Assembly (NCBI GenBank): GCA_964016885.1
Contig: OZ024740.1
Span: 69,192,001 to 69,256,000 of the forward strand
Length of the DNA: 64,000 nt
From: Eledone cirrhosa
Taxonomy: Eukaryota
Direction: 5' to 3'
Of the stretch, positions 14,391-27,634 are shown piece by piece (position 1 is the first letter of the stretch; each line of letters starts with the position of its first letter). The position numbers and the translations under genes are program-made. Under the pieces are notes generated by a model. It was not told where the DNA came from, searched no databases, and saw nothing but the letters and a program-made list of their open reading frames with translations.

Positions 14391-17300
14391 ATATAAACAA
14401 CAATAACTTGAGAAGCGTCCTTTGAAATGCTAGCCCAGTGAAGGCCAAAAAAAGACTTACATAAGTTTACACTGTAATTTCACCGTTTTAAAAACTAAAC
14501 AGATCACATTATAGCATCTTAAAACAAGAGGGCACATGGGATGATGTAGTTTTATTAAATAAAAGACGGGATGATCACATATGGAAAGTCTTTGATCAGA
14601 GCAGACATGGAGCTAAACACAAATATCTCTACGACCGCTACCATATATATAACCACTAACACTACCAGCAGTACTATCCATCAACCTGCATTACTGGACA
14701 AGTCAAATCCTAGCGTCTAAAAATACGGATTACTCATTAGATAGTGTAGTTTTATTGAATAAAATAAGTGATTGTCATGTCTGGAACGCCTTTTACCAGA
14801 CCTGACATAGGGCAGGACAAAAATATTTGCAAGACCACTACCACATTTATAACCAACGTTTTCCCACCAACACCAACAGCATCAGTAACCAGCAGCAACA
14901 GTAGCAGTAGAAACAGCAGCAACAACATGTCTGCCAACCAACATTACAGGCCGACTTTCACATGACAATTTCTTTTCTCGTTAATAACCGAGTGTATTTC
15001 ACGTCTCAGCTACAGGATTGGTTATCACGGCAGACTAATGGAATGTTTATTAAAGACAGTGGCGTATGGTGGTCTGGAAGGGGGAGATTCTGCATAGATT
15101 GAGGTATCCGCCATGCAATGTATAGCAAAGCAATGCAATGGAATGCAATGCAATGTAATTCAAGAAGAAATGGTAGAGTGACGGATGGTCGGGGGTTGAT
15201 GGGAAAAATATTTAAAGGGTTGGTTGGGAAGAATAAGGTAAGGTTAGGAAGGTTAGAAAAGCTAAGAAATGTGACATTCTTGTACAGGCAGGCCACGTCT
15301 TGAGGCGAGCAAGTGGTTTTCTAAAGAGATCTGACTGTACAGATCTGTGCCACTGAGGATGACGTCGATGGTGGAAATAGGGTTTGGTAGGGGGTTTTAA
15401 GATGTGAATAGTGTGTGCAAAGAACAGTACCACTGAAGAATATGTGGAAGAACGAAAAAGAGAAGGGCATATTAAAGATAGGGATAAAGAAATGTGAGAC
15501 AGAAGGTAAAAGAAAAGGAAATAATGAGATGGGGAATGAAAAGAGAAAGAGGTACTAACAGAAATAAGGAAAAAAGGGAATGAAATAGAGGGGAGTGAAA
15601 TGTATAGGAGATTGAAGAACTGATAGAATGTGGAAGAAAGAATCAAAATAAAAATAAAAGTAAAATAAAGTGTAAGAAACTCCGACGAACGAGTAAAATG
15701 AGAAGAAGAGCAACAAATAAAGCAACAGTAACAACAAATAACAACAGAAATAACAAAGGAGTAAAAGGCATCGGAATTTTGTAGACAAAGTAAGCTGCAA
15801 TTCGATATTAATGCTGGTAATGATGATGATGTCAAAAATAATGATATTGATGATGACAACGACGATGTTGTTGAGGATGATGATGATGATGCCGATGATG
15901 AAATTCTATAAAGCAAGTTGAAATGGAAGGGCGAGTTCGGCGTGGGTGTGCTTGAGAAGTGAATGTATATATACGAGTGAGTGTTCGCGTTGGCGTGTGT
16001 TGTATGTATCTATATACGTGTGTATGTATATATGTATGTTTGTAATTGTACATGTATGTGTACATGTGTGTCGCTGATGGTGGAAGATGTAAGTTATAAA
16101 AAGTGGGGGAAGACATTTATGAATGACTCATTGGCAGCTGCCATCAGCTCAGGCACAGCCTGTATCGTCATTGTCACAATCAACAGCAAGCCAACCAGTC
16201 AGCCAGTCATCTAATCATCCAAACATCTTTAAACCCAGCCAGCCAGTCAGCAAGGAAGCAAGCCAGCCAGCAAACCAGCCAGTAAACAAGCAATTCAGCC
16301 TGTAATTCAGCCAGCAAGCTAGCCAGCAAACAGGGTTCACAGTCAGCCAGCCGTTATCACTCCCCGCGTCAGATACTATAGCTATCTCTCTGGCTCTTGT
16401 CACTATCGCCATCACAATCACCATAACTACCAGCAATAAAATCCGCCGCTGGCCTGAACAACAACGAGAACAATGACTACGACACCAACAACAAAAGCAA
16501 CAAGTAAAAGATGGATTGGTCATTGTTAGATTGCTTTTGATCAAAGATGTATTCGATCACGGTTGAACCGAGGATAAAGAACAACAGCTACAAAACTTTG
16601 CAATACATATTACAATCGCTATTAAGAAGGACCCATCTAATCCGTGACACAAAATAGAAGACATAGCAATCAAGGCTCTCTCAAATCACACAATACGATT
16701 TTATATAAGAAAAGGACACATTATATGAAAGGCTATTACATATTTCAACATACCACCAACAAATAGTATGATATCCCTGGATAGAATGTTTTTGAAAATA
16801 TGTCTGTTTAATCAAAGTTAACGTATGTCTCCAAACAACAACACCATCAAATAAATATTCCACTCTCACATTGTCATCACCTTCCCCACCATATTCAATA
16901 TCACTACCACTAATAAATATAGACTCCCTCTCGTTTGTTCAGGAGCTGATGGTGGTTTATTAGTGGTAGTGATATTGAATCGTCAGCTCCTGAACCAACT
17001 AGAAGGAGTTCATATTGCAGCTCGATCTGTTAGAAACAGCAGCCGCATATGCTTCAAATCATTCCCTGTCATCATTTAGATTGACACTTTGGATTATGTA
17101 GCCTGAAATAAACTCATTCTGAAAAGATGGGATGGGGATTGTTAGAATAACTTTGATCATAGTTATGCTTCACTCGGTCTCATCTTGTGTGTCTTAAGCA
17201 ACGACAATAATTATAACACCCCCATAAACTTACATTAATATCACTATCAACAACAAACAGCAACATGAAAATGTCAGGTGCACGAAGAGGCTTCTCTTTG

Positions 17301-18276
17301 AGTCTTCCACCTGCTAGAAATAGTGGGCCACGCCTCCTTTAATTCATTCCTTACCTTCTTATAAAAAGAGGCATTGAATAAGGTAGTCAGGCTTGCCTAA
17401 CACATACAAATGATGGGATGGTCACAGCTAGAATATTGATGAGGCTAGGTCTGCTCGCTCAACCTTAAGCTTGGGTTAACCAACAATAACAAAAGCACCA
17501 TGAGCGCCAACATTGTAGCCATCATTGTCTACTAAAAGCCCCACAATCATCAACGTTGTCAGCACCCACTTTACTATCACCACCATCAATATTATCAACA
17601 CCATCTTCACATTCGCGGACATCGTCGTTATCAGTACCATCTTCTTTATCACCACCATTTTCGTTATCACCATTATTTATTTTCTTATCACAGAATGTAC
17701 CGCCAATAAAGCACACTGCCACTACTAGCCGATAGCAGTCGTAACACTATCTTCATTACTTCTACCACCACCGCCACTACCAATATAACCACTACTTTAA
17801 CAACCGCCATCACCGCTATTAAAACTAGCGCCACAGGCTTCACTAATACCACTACCAATACGAAAACAAAGAAAACAAAACAAAAATGCAATTCCATTGC
17901 CATTACATCTACTTCTACGCATAATACCCCTGTCACTGCAGTCGTCACTCTGACAACCACATAACCACTATAATCCCCATCACCACAAATAAAGCAAGTC
18001 TCTACTCCAACGCCACACCACAACCTCGAGCAGCATATGCCCTGATTCAGGTAAGCACCACTACTACTAACAGCACCTACAACAACAAAACAAACAGACA
18101 GTCATTACTGTATTGTAGAGAATGCCATCAGTATAACCATTAACAACATAGAAGACACACAGACATAGATGTATCTCCCTCTCACTCCCCCACACTCAGG
18201 GACAATTTCTCTATATCAATCTCACTTTATGTACATCTAAACACATACGCACTTACACACACACACACTAACACGA

Positions 18277-18349
<73 letters not shown>

Positions 18350-18455
18350 CATACACATACATACATAAACATATAAATATAAATACATACATATATAGTT
18401 ATGTATATATGTATATCTATCTATATAAAAGGGTATAGATATTCCGACAGGCACA

Positions 18456-18487
<32 letters not shown>

Positions 18488-18531
18488 CATGTGTGTGTGT
18501 GTGTGTATGTGTGTGTGCGTGTGTGTGCGCG

Positions 18532-18608
<77 letters not shown>

Positions 18609-18665
18609 ATATATATATACGTATATATATATATATATACATATACATGTCATGTATATGTATAT

Positions 18666-18768
18666 AGGAAAAGAATCAGGCCCCCGACGGCTGAGCTCCG
18701 GCCCTTTCAACAGCTAGATTCGAACTGCGTTATGGTCCACCTGGTACCTTACCATACTTTCTTTGTTA
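18666..18768. mobile_element. Miniature derivative of the 50496-54872 Penelope-like family
   Basis: Left end is the inverted 3' half of the hammerhead; right end is the terminal tail (tgcgttatggtccacctggtaccttacca..tta); (TA)n on both sides. Confidence 0.8.
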
Positions 18769-18784
18769 TATATATATATACCTA

Positions 18785-18842
<58 letters not shown>

Positions 18843-18937
18843 AAAGGGATATTTAATTTGTTGGTAATTCAACAAATAGAAATGTTTATAACTGATTCAA
18901 AGCACTCGACAAGTTTTCTGGAGTATAATATTCAATG

Positions 18938-19184
18938 ATATTAAATAAATTGAAACTATATATATAAAACCATATTAATTCTATTATATATATTTCAAGG
19001 GTACCAAAACTTTGGTACGCTCTCATCGGATAAAATACAATGCTTGTTTTATAAATATTGACATAACCAGGAAGAAGATCTTAACGTTTCAAGTTTTTCC
19101 TAGATAGGAAAAGCTTGACCATTTGAAATATATATAATAGAATAAATATGGTTTTATAAATATAGTTTCCGTTTATTTAATATC
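18938..19184. repeat. Imperfect ~60 bp inverted repeat with ~125 bp spacer
   Basis: 18938-18998 vs 19123-19184; immediately upstream of a hammerhead. Confidence 0.75.
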
Positions 19185-19205
19185 TATAAGAATCCAACAT
19201 ACATA

Positions 19206-19299
19206 ATTTTCGACGGACAGGGAGAATATCGAGTTTTGACAAGTACCAATCAGTACGAAACAGCGCTGTCAACTGATTTCCCTCTGCCTGCCGAGAATT
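19206..19299 (+). ncRNA. Type I hammerhead ribozyme, U3-A8 core variant with extended stem I
   Basis: agtt-TTGACAA-gtac caatca gtac-GAAA-CAGCGCTG-TC^aact (core 19232-19274); flanks 19206-19231 and 19275-19299 extend stem I with bulges. Confidence 0.85.
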
Positions 19300-19541
19300 T
19301 AAGTAAGCGACAATGTCGCTACTTTAAAACATTAGCGTATTGTCTTCAAAATGCTTTTAATTAAGCATAGTGTATTGCAAAATACACTATATATACATTC
19401 ATATATATATATGTGTGTGTGTACGTATGCATACTTTCTTTTATGTATCAGCTGTGCTAGTGCGAGAAATAAATTTCTTATTTTATTTTTAATATTTGGC
19501 AAGGCCAGCTGCATCTCGCATGGTATGCAAATGAAGCTACT

Positions 19542-19603
<62 letters not shown>

Positions 19604-19796
19604 CGGAAGAATCGACTATTATTTTGGTGAGGTGTGAAAAGCCCAATGCGCATTTGGGATCGATAGCAAGCAGTTTAAGATACCTAAAGTTGGGCGTCGG
19701 TGAGGGCAGCAGAGCATAATTATTTAATACAGAATAAACCAATGAAAACTCTGATATCATCATACGGAAATACATAATTGATTTTAGCTTGTCCAC

Positions 19797-19867
<71 letters not shown>

Positions 19868-20224
19868 ACAACATGCTGTTGCATGTATACTTTCATATAA
19901 CTAACACATGTACAAAAACACAAAACTGATAATGGTACGCATATCAGAAGCCTAACAATATTTCTTCACTCTGTTTGCCATTTATAAGCTTGATTATGAT
20001 CTCTTCGTTCTTTCATTCTTTGCCTATATTTTTACTGCTTGATAAATTAACCCTTTCTTTCTAACTCCTGATGTCAGGCATGTGAAGATTTATAACTATA
20101 TGAATTAGCATTCATTCTAACAGATTGGTTCATTGTTTGCATGTATTTGCATGGCTCTTATCTGTATAGCAACAATTGTTGAGATTAAAGAGGATTTTAA
20201 TTTTAAAAACCTTCGTTTATTCAG

Positions 20225-20300
<76 letters not shown>

Positions 20301-20600
20301 TATATATATATATATATATATATACAGGTAACGTGTAACGTGAAGTTACAGTAGGTCTACCCAGGTGAGCACTCGAGAGTCGGGCCAGATCCATACATAT
20401 CGAACCTTGAACTGATCAATAACGAAACGCGCGTCACCAATCAATAAACATAATGAAGGCTTAACGAATCGCCCTTGTATTATTATCATTATCATTATTC
20501 AGTAATACACTGGGTTAATTGGTGGCCTTGTGCCAAAAGTAAAAACAATTGTTATTATTATTATTATTATTATATATATATATATACGTGTGTGTGTTTA

Positions 20601-20653
<53 letters not shown>

Positions 20654-21195
20654 GCGTGTGCGTGTGAGTGTGTGTGTGTGTGATTGTGTGGTGCGTTTAC
20701 GTAGATATTTATGTATGTAAGTATGTATGTATAACTTCATGTATATTTTGCGAACAATTATATAGAAAACATTACTGTTTGACTTAAATACTTTAAAGAT
20801 TTTTTCCATATTTCCTTGTCGATGATTAGTTAGAAAAATGACGGTAATATGTCCATTAACTTGATAGACCCCTTCTCTGTGTCTATATTATTGTTGTCTT
20901 TTACTGAAGGTACACGTTGACAACAATCAGCTGATGCCACCCTAAATAACATTGAAAAACATTATTTAGCCTCACTACCATTTGAAATAATATTTCATAA
21001 AATAAGAAATACTCAAAGAAGGAAGATTCATTAATTCAAAAAGCCCAAACTTAAAAGAAACATGCGGCAAATTATGAAAGTAAACAGGAGATAAACGTTA
21101 ATGTCAGGCAATTATGATTGCACCTGTTAAATAATTATTCTCATCATCTCTTACTGCCAACTTCAATATGGGTGAATATCTATAAATATTTTATT

Positions 21196-21480
21196 TTCTT
21201 CTTCTTCTTCTTCTTCTTCTTCTTCTTCTTCTTCTTCTTCTTCTTCTTCTTCTTCTTCTTCTTCTTCTTCTTCTTCCACTTATTCACAAGAGGTTTGTAG
21301 GAACAGAGTCACCAAACACCCTTCCAGCGGGTCTGGTCAGAAGCATTCGTTTCCAACTAATCTTTCTTGATCCCTAAGCAAGAGCACCCAAATTGATATA
21401 TGTTATCCTAACATCTTGCCGGTGGGTTTTTCCGGAGATGTAGCGGCACTACATTGAATGACTCTCAGACATCCGTGCTA
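21196..21480 (-). mobile_element. Possible RTE-type LINE 3' end with (GAA)n tail
   Basis: (TTC)n at 21196-21276 next to sequence reading SDQTRWKGV on minus; weak similarity only. Confidence 0.35.
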
Positions 21481-22539
21481 CGCACCCTCTCCAGTGATGT
21501 TACTAAAACGACCCTTCGGAGGATCCCCATTCCAGTCGCTTGTAATTGCGATTGTACTTTTTTATATCAATACGTTTCTTCAGAAAATTGTGCTGATACA
21601 TTTTTGAAGCGTCAATGAAATTTAGAACGTTGTCATTGTAAAACAAATATAAACCTCTAATAAATATGTAAAACTTTGAATAAAATGGTTTAATTCAGAA
21701 CATAATCATTTCTTAATCACTCTTAAACGTAAAAAGCATATAAATTCCGTTGGATGCTCCGACGAATTCATACATACCCATTCACACATGCATAAGTGTA
21801 CATTTACATCATAATACACATACTTGTACGTGGACAACTGCATGCGCAGTGACCACACTTCACTACAAATATATTTTAGCACCGTTTTTATTGACAACAC
21901 AAACACTATAAAGCAACTAGAATCGCATTAAAGCATTATTTCGTGTTGCTAGAAATAGCAGTCTATTATCCCGCTGAATCTCCTCCCATACATTCGTATG
22001 TATACATAGATGTAACATAGATGTATCATCAACAGTCTCAAGGACACTACAACTATTCATTAAACTAATGGTAAATACAGGAAACATCTACTGCTGCACT
22101 TTGTTCGAATACACATTGTCCATTTCAACTCTGTCGTTAGCAGAATCTAGAGCAATCAGAAATATACCTGATAAAAGGTAGAACAGTTATCCGCACTGTA
22201 ACATTGCATACGATATGTATAAGCAGTGATAGTTAGTGCGTGCAGTATGGAGGTTGGCCATACGTGGAAAAATAACACATGTGAGTGTTATATATTCGTT
22301 TGGATGGCCACATATTTGTCTAAAGATTTTATGGAATTAAGTTACACTGAATCTACACCAGCAATAGCAACTTAATTTACTCAGCAGCCACTGCTCTTTC
22401 TACTATTTAGAACTGAAGCTAATTACTATGCGCACTAACCTACACTATTTCTACCACGGGTACGCTAAGAATGTCACCATCATTTCCCAACAATAATATT
22501 TCCACTAGCACTACAATCTGAGGCCGAATTGTTAAGGAG

Positions 22540-22795
22540 TTTGGTTCACAATTGCGAACCGCTGCCATTGGTTCCACTGTGTGACAGCCCTTGTGACTTT
22601 TGGTTCGTCACAAGCATTGTGAGTGACACTGTGTTGATGGAAAGTGTATGGAAGTAAAGTAGGTAGGCCGTACAAGTGATTTCAAAGTTCAGCTTTGTCA
22701 TATAATATGCCACGATATTTCTACTTGCCAATTACATGTTAATTTCAGGAGTAGGTTGTTCTGTTGGGCGAAAAACTGGAAAAATCATCGTCGAG
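22540..22795 (+). pseudogene. Decayed LDLa-repeat exon candidate
   Basis: NRC..LCD..KHCE; HCVDGKCMEVK*V; LFC..KN(W)KNH followed by GTGAGC donor at 22796. Confidence 0.45.
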
Positions 22796-23059
22796 GTGAG
22801 CAATGGTCAGTTTACTTTTACTATTAATGAGAGCGATCAGATAATGAACACTGCACTCTGTCTCTGCCGGAACACTAGAATAAGCATGAATAAATTATTA
22901 CTATTTTTATCATCACTAAATTTAACCGGTCAAAAATCATTCCAGCTTGTTTTGTCTCATCATCATCATCTCATCATCATCATCAACGTCTTCATCACTA
23001 CTAGCACAGACATCATTCTGTACTCGTTACTAGAACTATTACTCTCTAGCCCCAACAGC

Positions 23060-23365
23060 TACTGCATTTGTTGCTCTCACTCACTTTCACAAATCGAATT
23101 TTCTCGATTTATGAAGAATAATCTTTCCATTTGTCTCGATCTAACATTTCCTCCCGAGTCGACATAGAGCATATCTAGATATGTTGCTGCAGGACGGCCT
23201 CTATTTCTATGACCGTCTGAAGGTTTCCATAAAAAAACACGACTGACGCAGTTGTTTTTTGCCCTGTAACTATGTCCAGTAAAACGTATCCTTCTTAGAC
23301 AAACACTATCCGACACGGGAGAGATATCCCGATAGAGTTCTCCATTTGTGATTCTCTGTTGCAAA
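23060..23365 (-). mobile_element. RTE/RTEX-type LINE 3' ORF remnant
   Basis: QQRITNGELYRDISPVSDSVCLRRIRFTGHSYR..VSRVFLWKPSDGHRNRGRPAATYLDML matches the conserved RTE C-terminal RLRxxGH..W.P..G.R..GRP..T pattern. Confidence 0.8.
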
Positions 23366-24348
23366 GATATGTTGAAAACGTCTTAACAGACGGAGGTCTA
23401 ATACAGAGTGTGTGTATGTGTGTTAGAGAGAGAGAGAAAGAAAGACAGAGAGAGAGAGAGTCATACCACCAATGCTGCCATACCACGTCTACATTCATAC
23501 CACGACTAAACTCATTCTTAGTATGCCACAATTTCATCGCCTAATATTTATGATGATGCATAGCAAAATACCACTGTAATAAATGTTACAATTAATACTT
23601 GTTGCTACTAAAGCAGGTGACGTTGGCGTTCATTGTGGATTGTTTGCTACAAAGAAAAACGTCATCGTTTGTTTTATAATAAATCACCAATGTTAATATC
23701 GACTCCATAGAGGATCCATAACGAATATAATAGTTGGCAAGTAGTAAGCATATATTTCAGTTACAATTACATCTGCATCTTTTAGGATAGTGAAATAAGG
23801 ATGTTGGAGAGAAAGATACAGGAAACAAGACACAGAGAGTGAGATAGTTAGATAGATAGATGGAGAAAGAAGGAAGGAGAGAGGAAGAGAGAGAGAGAGA
23901 GAGAGAAAGAAAGAAAGAAAGAAAGAAAGAGAGACGAGAGTATTAAGAGGAGGAATGAGGAGGAAAGATATCTGGAATTGGGATGAAGAAGAAAGATATG
24001 GATTCGAGAAAAAATAATGTGCTCCATGAGAGTCGATGAAAAGTGTTTATGAAATATGGACGGTTTAACATACGTATATATACACATATATGCTGACATA
24101 CGCTTCCATGCTCTAGCTTTCTCACATCAGCTAACATACATGCTTCTGTATTACTGAATTGAACAAACTATACTGAAAATAGAAGATATCAAATGGTTGT
24201 GATATTATACGGCCTACATTTTTACGTGAAGTGATAAATGAGAGGTGGAATGTTCGATTAGAATTTTTGTTTCCTTTATTCTTCTTTATTTTTTATGCTC
24301 TGATCTATTAAAGTGTTGTATTTAATGCCTTACATTTGTTCCGACTAG

Positions 24349-24550
24349 GGCGATGGATTAGCAGTATCGGTAGGGCGTCAGGCATAGAGTTACAGCCCTT
24401 TACGATCTGAATTCAAATCCCGCTGAGGTTAGCTTTGCCTTTCATCCTCACGGGGCCAATAAAATAAAATATCAGTAATGCACTGGGGTCGATTTAATCG
24501 ACTTTCCCCTCCCAAAAATGTGTTGGCCTTGTGCTTAAATCAGAAACTAA
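24349..24550 (+). mobile_element. tRNA-type SINE with TSD
   Basis: Family core present; TSD atttgttccgact at 24334 and 24552. Confidence 0.85.
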
Positions 24551-24943
24551 TATTTGTTCCGACTCAAAGTGGAGGTCAATGGTGCTTTTCGTTCTCTCGG
24601 GGTCGATAAATAAAGAAGTGTCGGTCTTGTGACGCTTGATTATCGGAATCGTCAACAGATCCGGCTACAAGAGTTCTGAATTCTAATCCCACCTCTTTGT
24701 ACGACCGACCGATATCAACAATCGAAAAAACACAATGGAAGCATAGTTTCCTTCGTTCGAACAGTCGACTTTTTTTTTTCATGAACTGTGTCAGATATGC
24801 GGTGATTGGCGTGATAATAGCTTTCAACCATCGTCAAAAATTCAACTTACAATACTCCCCCTATGGTATGCATGTATGTATGCGTGCATATATTTATGTA
24901 TATATGTGTGCGTGTGCATGCTTGTATGCATAAATGGATGATT

Positions 24944-24984
<41 letters not shown>

Positions 24985-25843
24985 CATATATGTATATATA
25001 TATGTATGTACGTATGTATATATGTATGTATGTTTGTATATGTATGTGTGCTTGTATGTATGCATGTTTGTATATATATATATATGTGTACGCTTGCCTT
25101 TTTTCTCCAGTGTAAGCGAGTGGCTTAGTGATTAGGGTATTATGTTCACAATCAAATGCTCGTGAGCCAAACATTTTGTCACTGGCTCCAGTCCACTTAG
25201 CTGGTGCCAATCTGTATCTCTTATCCCCTTGGACGACATCTGTGGCGTGAAGAGATGAGACCAGTATTTACTGACCATTGCTCGTCTACCACAAATCACC
25301 TTACGGAGGCTGCTTCAGCGTAGTCACGACTAAAATTTCCTTTAATGAATTAACGGAATTCCAATGATGCTGTCTTTTATATTAAAGTTCTGTCGCTGCC
25401 ACATAAGTGTAGTATTCGTTTTGACTGTTACTGTGTTTTGTCATCTTAAAAACCTATGTTGAAGAAGCATTAAAAGAAAAAGAAACGTGCGCAAAATGTG
25501 TTCCTCAGATGGTGAGCATTCAGTTGATCGTGAAATTAACAGGTAAGAGAGTAAATATTCCACAGATTTCTGACCCCGGAAGGTCATGCTGAAGCTGGCT
25601 GAATCAACCTAGAGAGTTTGACATATTAGCACGTACGAAATATAGAGCTGGAAAGAATAGCACAATTATATTCCGACAGATGCAGTAATGATTCTGAAAA
25701 TTTACCGCCTTAGACATCAGAAAAGAGAGGGCAGGAGATGAAAGGGAGAAACTGTATAACATAACGGTCTCTTTACCCCCCTCTCTCTCTCTCCCCCTCT
25801 CTCTATCTCTCTTTATTATTATAAATATACACAGAATCATACC

Positions 25844-25887
<44 letters not shown>

Positions 25888-25892
25888 TAAAT

Positions 25893-25943
25893 GGCTTCTA
25901 CAGGACTAGAACTGTTTCATTCGGTTGAAATCATCAGGAAGCC
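25893..25943 (-). ncRNA. Type I hammerhead ribozyme isolated within (TA)n
   Basis: minus: ggcttc-CTGATGA-t ttc aacc gaa t-GAAA-CAG ttctagtc CTG-TA^gaagcc. Confidence 0.85.
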
Positions 25944-26265
25944 CTGAGATAGATATATATGTATATATATATATATATTTATATATATAAATCTATATAT
26001 TCACATATATGCATGCATACATAACTACATACTTACAAACATAAATGCATACATGCATACATGCATACATATATACATACATACGAACTTACATAAATGC
26101 ATACATACTTACATACATATATACAAAATTCGACAAAAAATGTTGAGAAGGAAAAACACGACGATGAAGAAGATATGGCGGAAATCAATAAGAATTCCGT
26201 GGATGTTGAAAACAAGGTTTCTATTTTTTCTCTTACATATATATATGCGTGTTTGTGTGTGTATG

Positions 26266-26318
<53 letters not shown>

Positions 26319-26535
26319 GCAGTGTTTTTAGGTGTTGATTTATGTATTATATTATATATTTCATTTTCATCCAGTGTGTATTCTTCAATTGATGTAAATT
26401 CTATGAACCTGTCTACTTCATCACCGGTTAAAGATGGTTAAGAATTGGATTTTTCAAGAAACACCATTTGCATGACTATAGAGAGAAGACCGTCTCCTCA
26501 ACATCAATACGTCACAACTTACAGCAAGGCTTTGT

Positions 26536-26578
<43 letters not shown>

Positions 26579-26683
26579 CAAGGAAAAAAGAAAAAATAGA
26601 TGTTTAAATGTAGTTCACACGTATCTGTAATGTTTATGTATTATATACTACTTTTTCTTTGTATATATATGCGTTTGTGCGTG

Positions 26684-26787
<104 letters not shown>

Positions 26788-27597
26788 CATACATAAACCG
26801 ACACAAACATATATATATATATATTTGTGTGTGTGATGCGGGTGTGTGTGCGTATGTGTGAATGCCTATCTATAGATATATAGATGTATACGTAAGAGAT
26901 AGAATGAGGGGAGGAGAGTAAGAGAGACTCGGGAAGAAAGTTGTCTGCTATAGATGAAATATGAGAAAGAAGATATTTCAAAAGGAGCGTGGAAGAAGTG
27001 AAAGTAAGAAGAAAAGAGTTGAAGTAAAAGAATCAAGGATTACTATGGTAGAGATGGCTTCAAATATAATTTGAATATATGGCTGATAACATGACATGTT
27101 TTGATTGAGGAATTGATATATGTGTAAAAAAATGTGCTATAGATAATTGCCGTTTTACTAAAGCTATTCATAAATTCACAGATCTCGATATTTCCGTTCA
27201 ATCGTTCAGAATTACATAACCATTAGTTTTGTGAATGTAGCTTTCTTATTTTTCTGCTTTATATGTATACCTACATACACACAGCACACACACACGCGCA
27301 GGCACGCACACACTTATACACACATATATATATATATATAGGGACAATTAAATCTCTCCCAAGGTAACTCTTTCTTGTGTTGTTATTTTTATTGTTATCC
27401 TTTACGATCTTTCCTTCATTCCTCTACACGTTACAGTCTTATACACGCCACGCATCTCAACGTACACCCACTTACATCTCTCTCTCCACCACCGGATCTT
27501 GTTACCCGGAGATTTACCCTTCTGCATTGTCGAGGCTTCCAAACGATTTAAAGAAATTTACCTTATTATTCCACAATGCTTCAAGCAAACTTCAATA

Positions 27598-27634
<37 letters not shown>

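Noticed and set aside
15000-15760. Possible CR1/L2 LINE 3' remnant on minus strand
   Set aside because: Too degenerate and low-complexity to support
26097-26441. Acidic exon-like ORF (EKEKHDDEEDMAE)
   Set aside because: Weak splice signals, no recognisable domain, embedded in microsatellites
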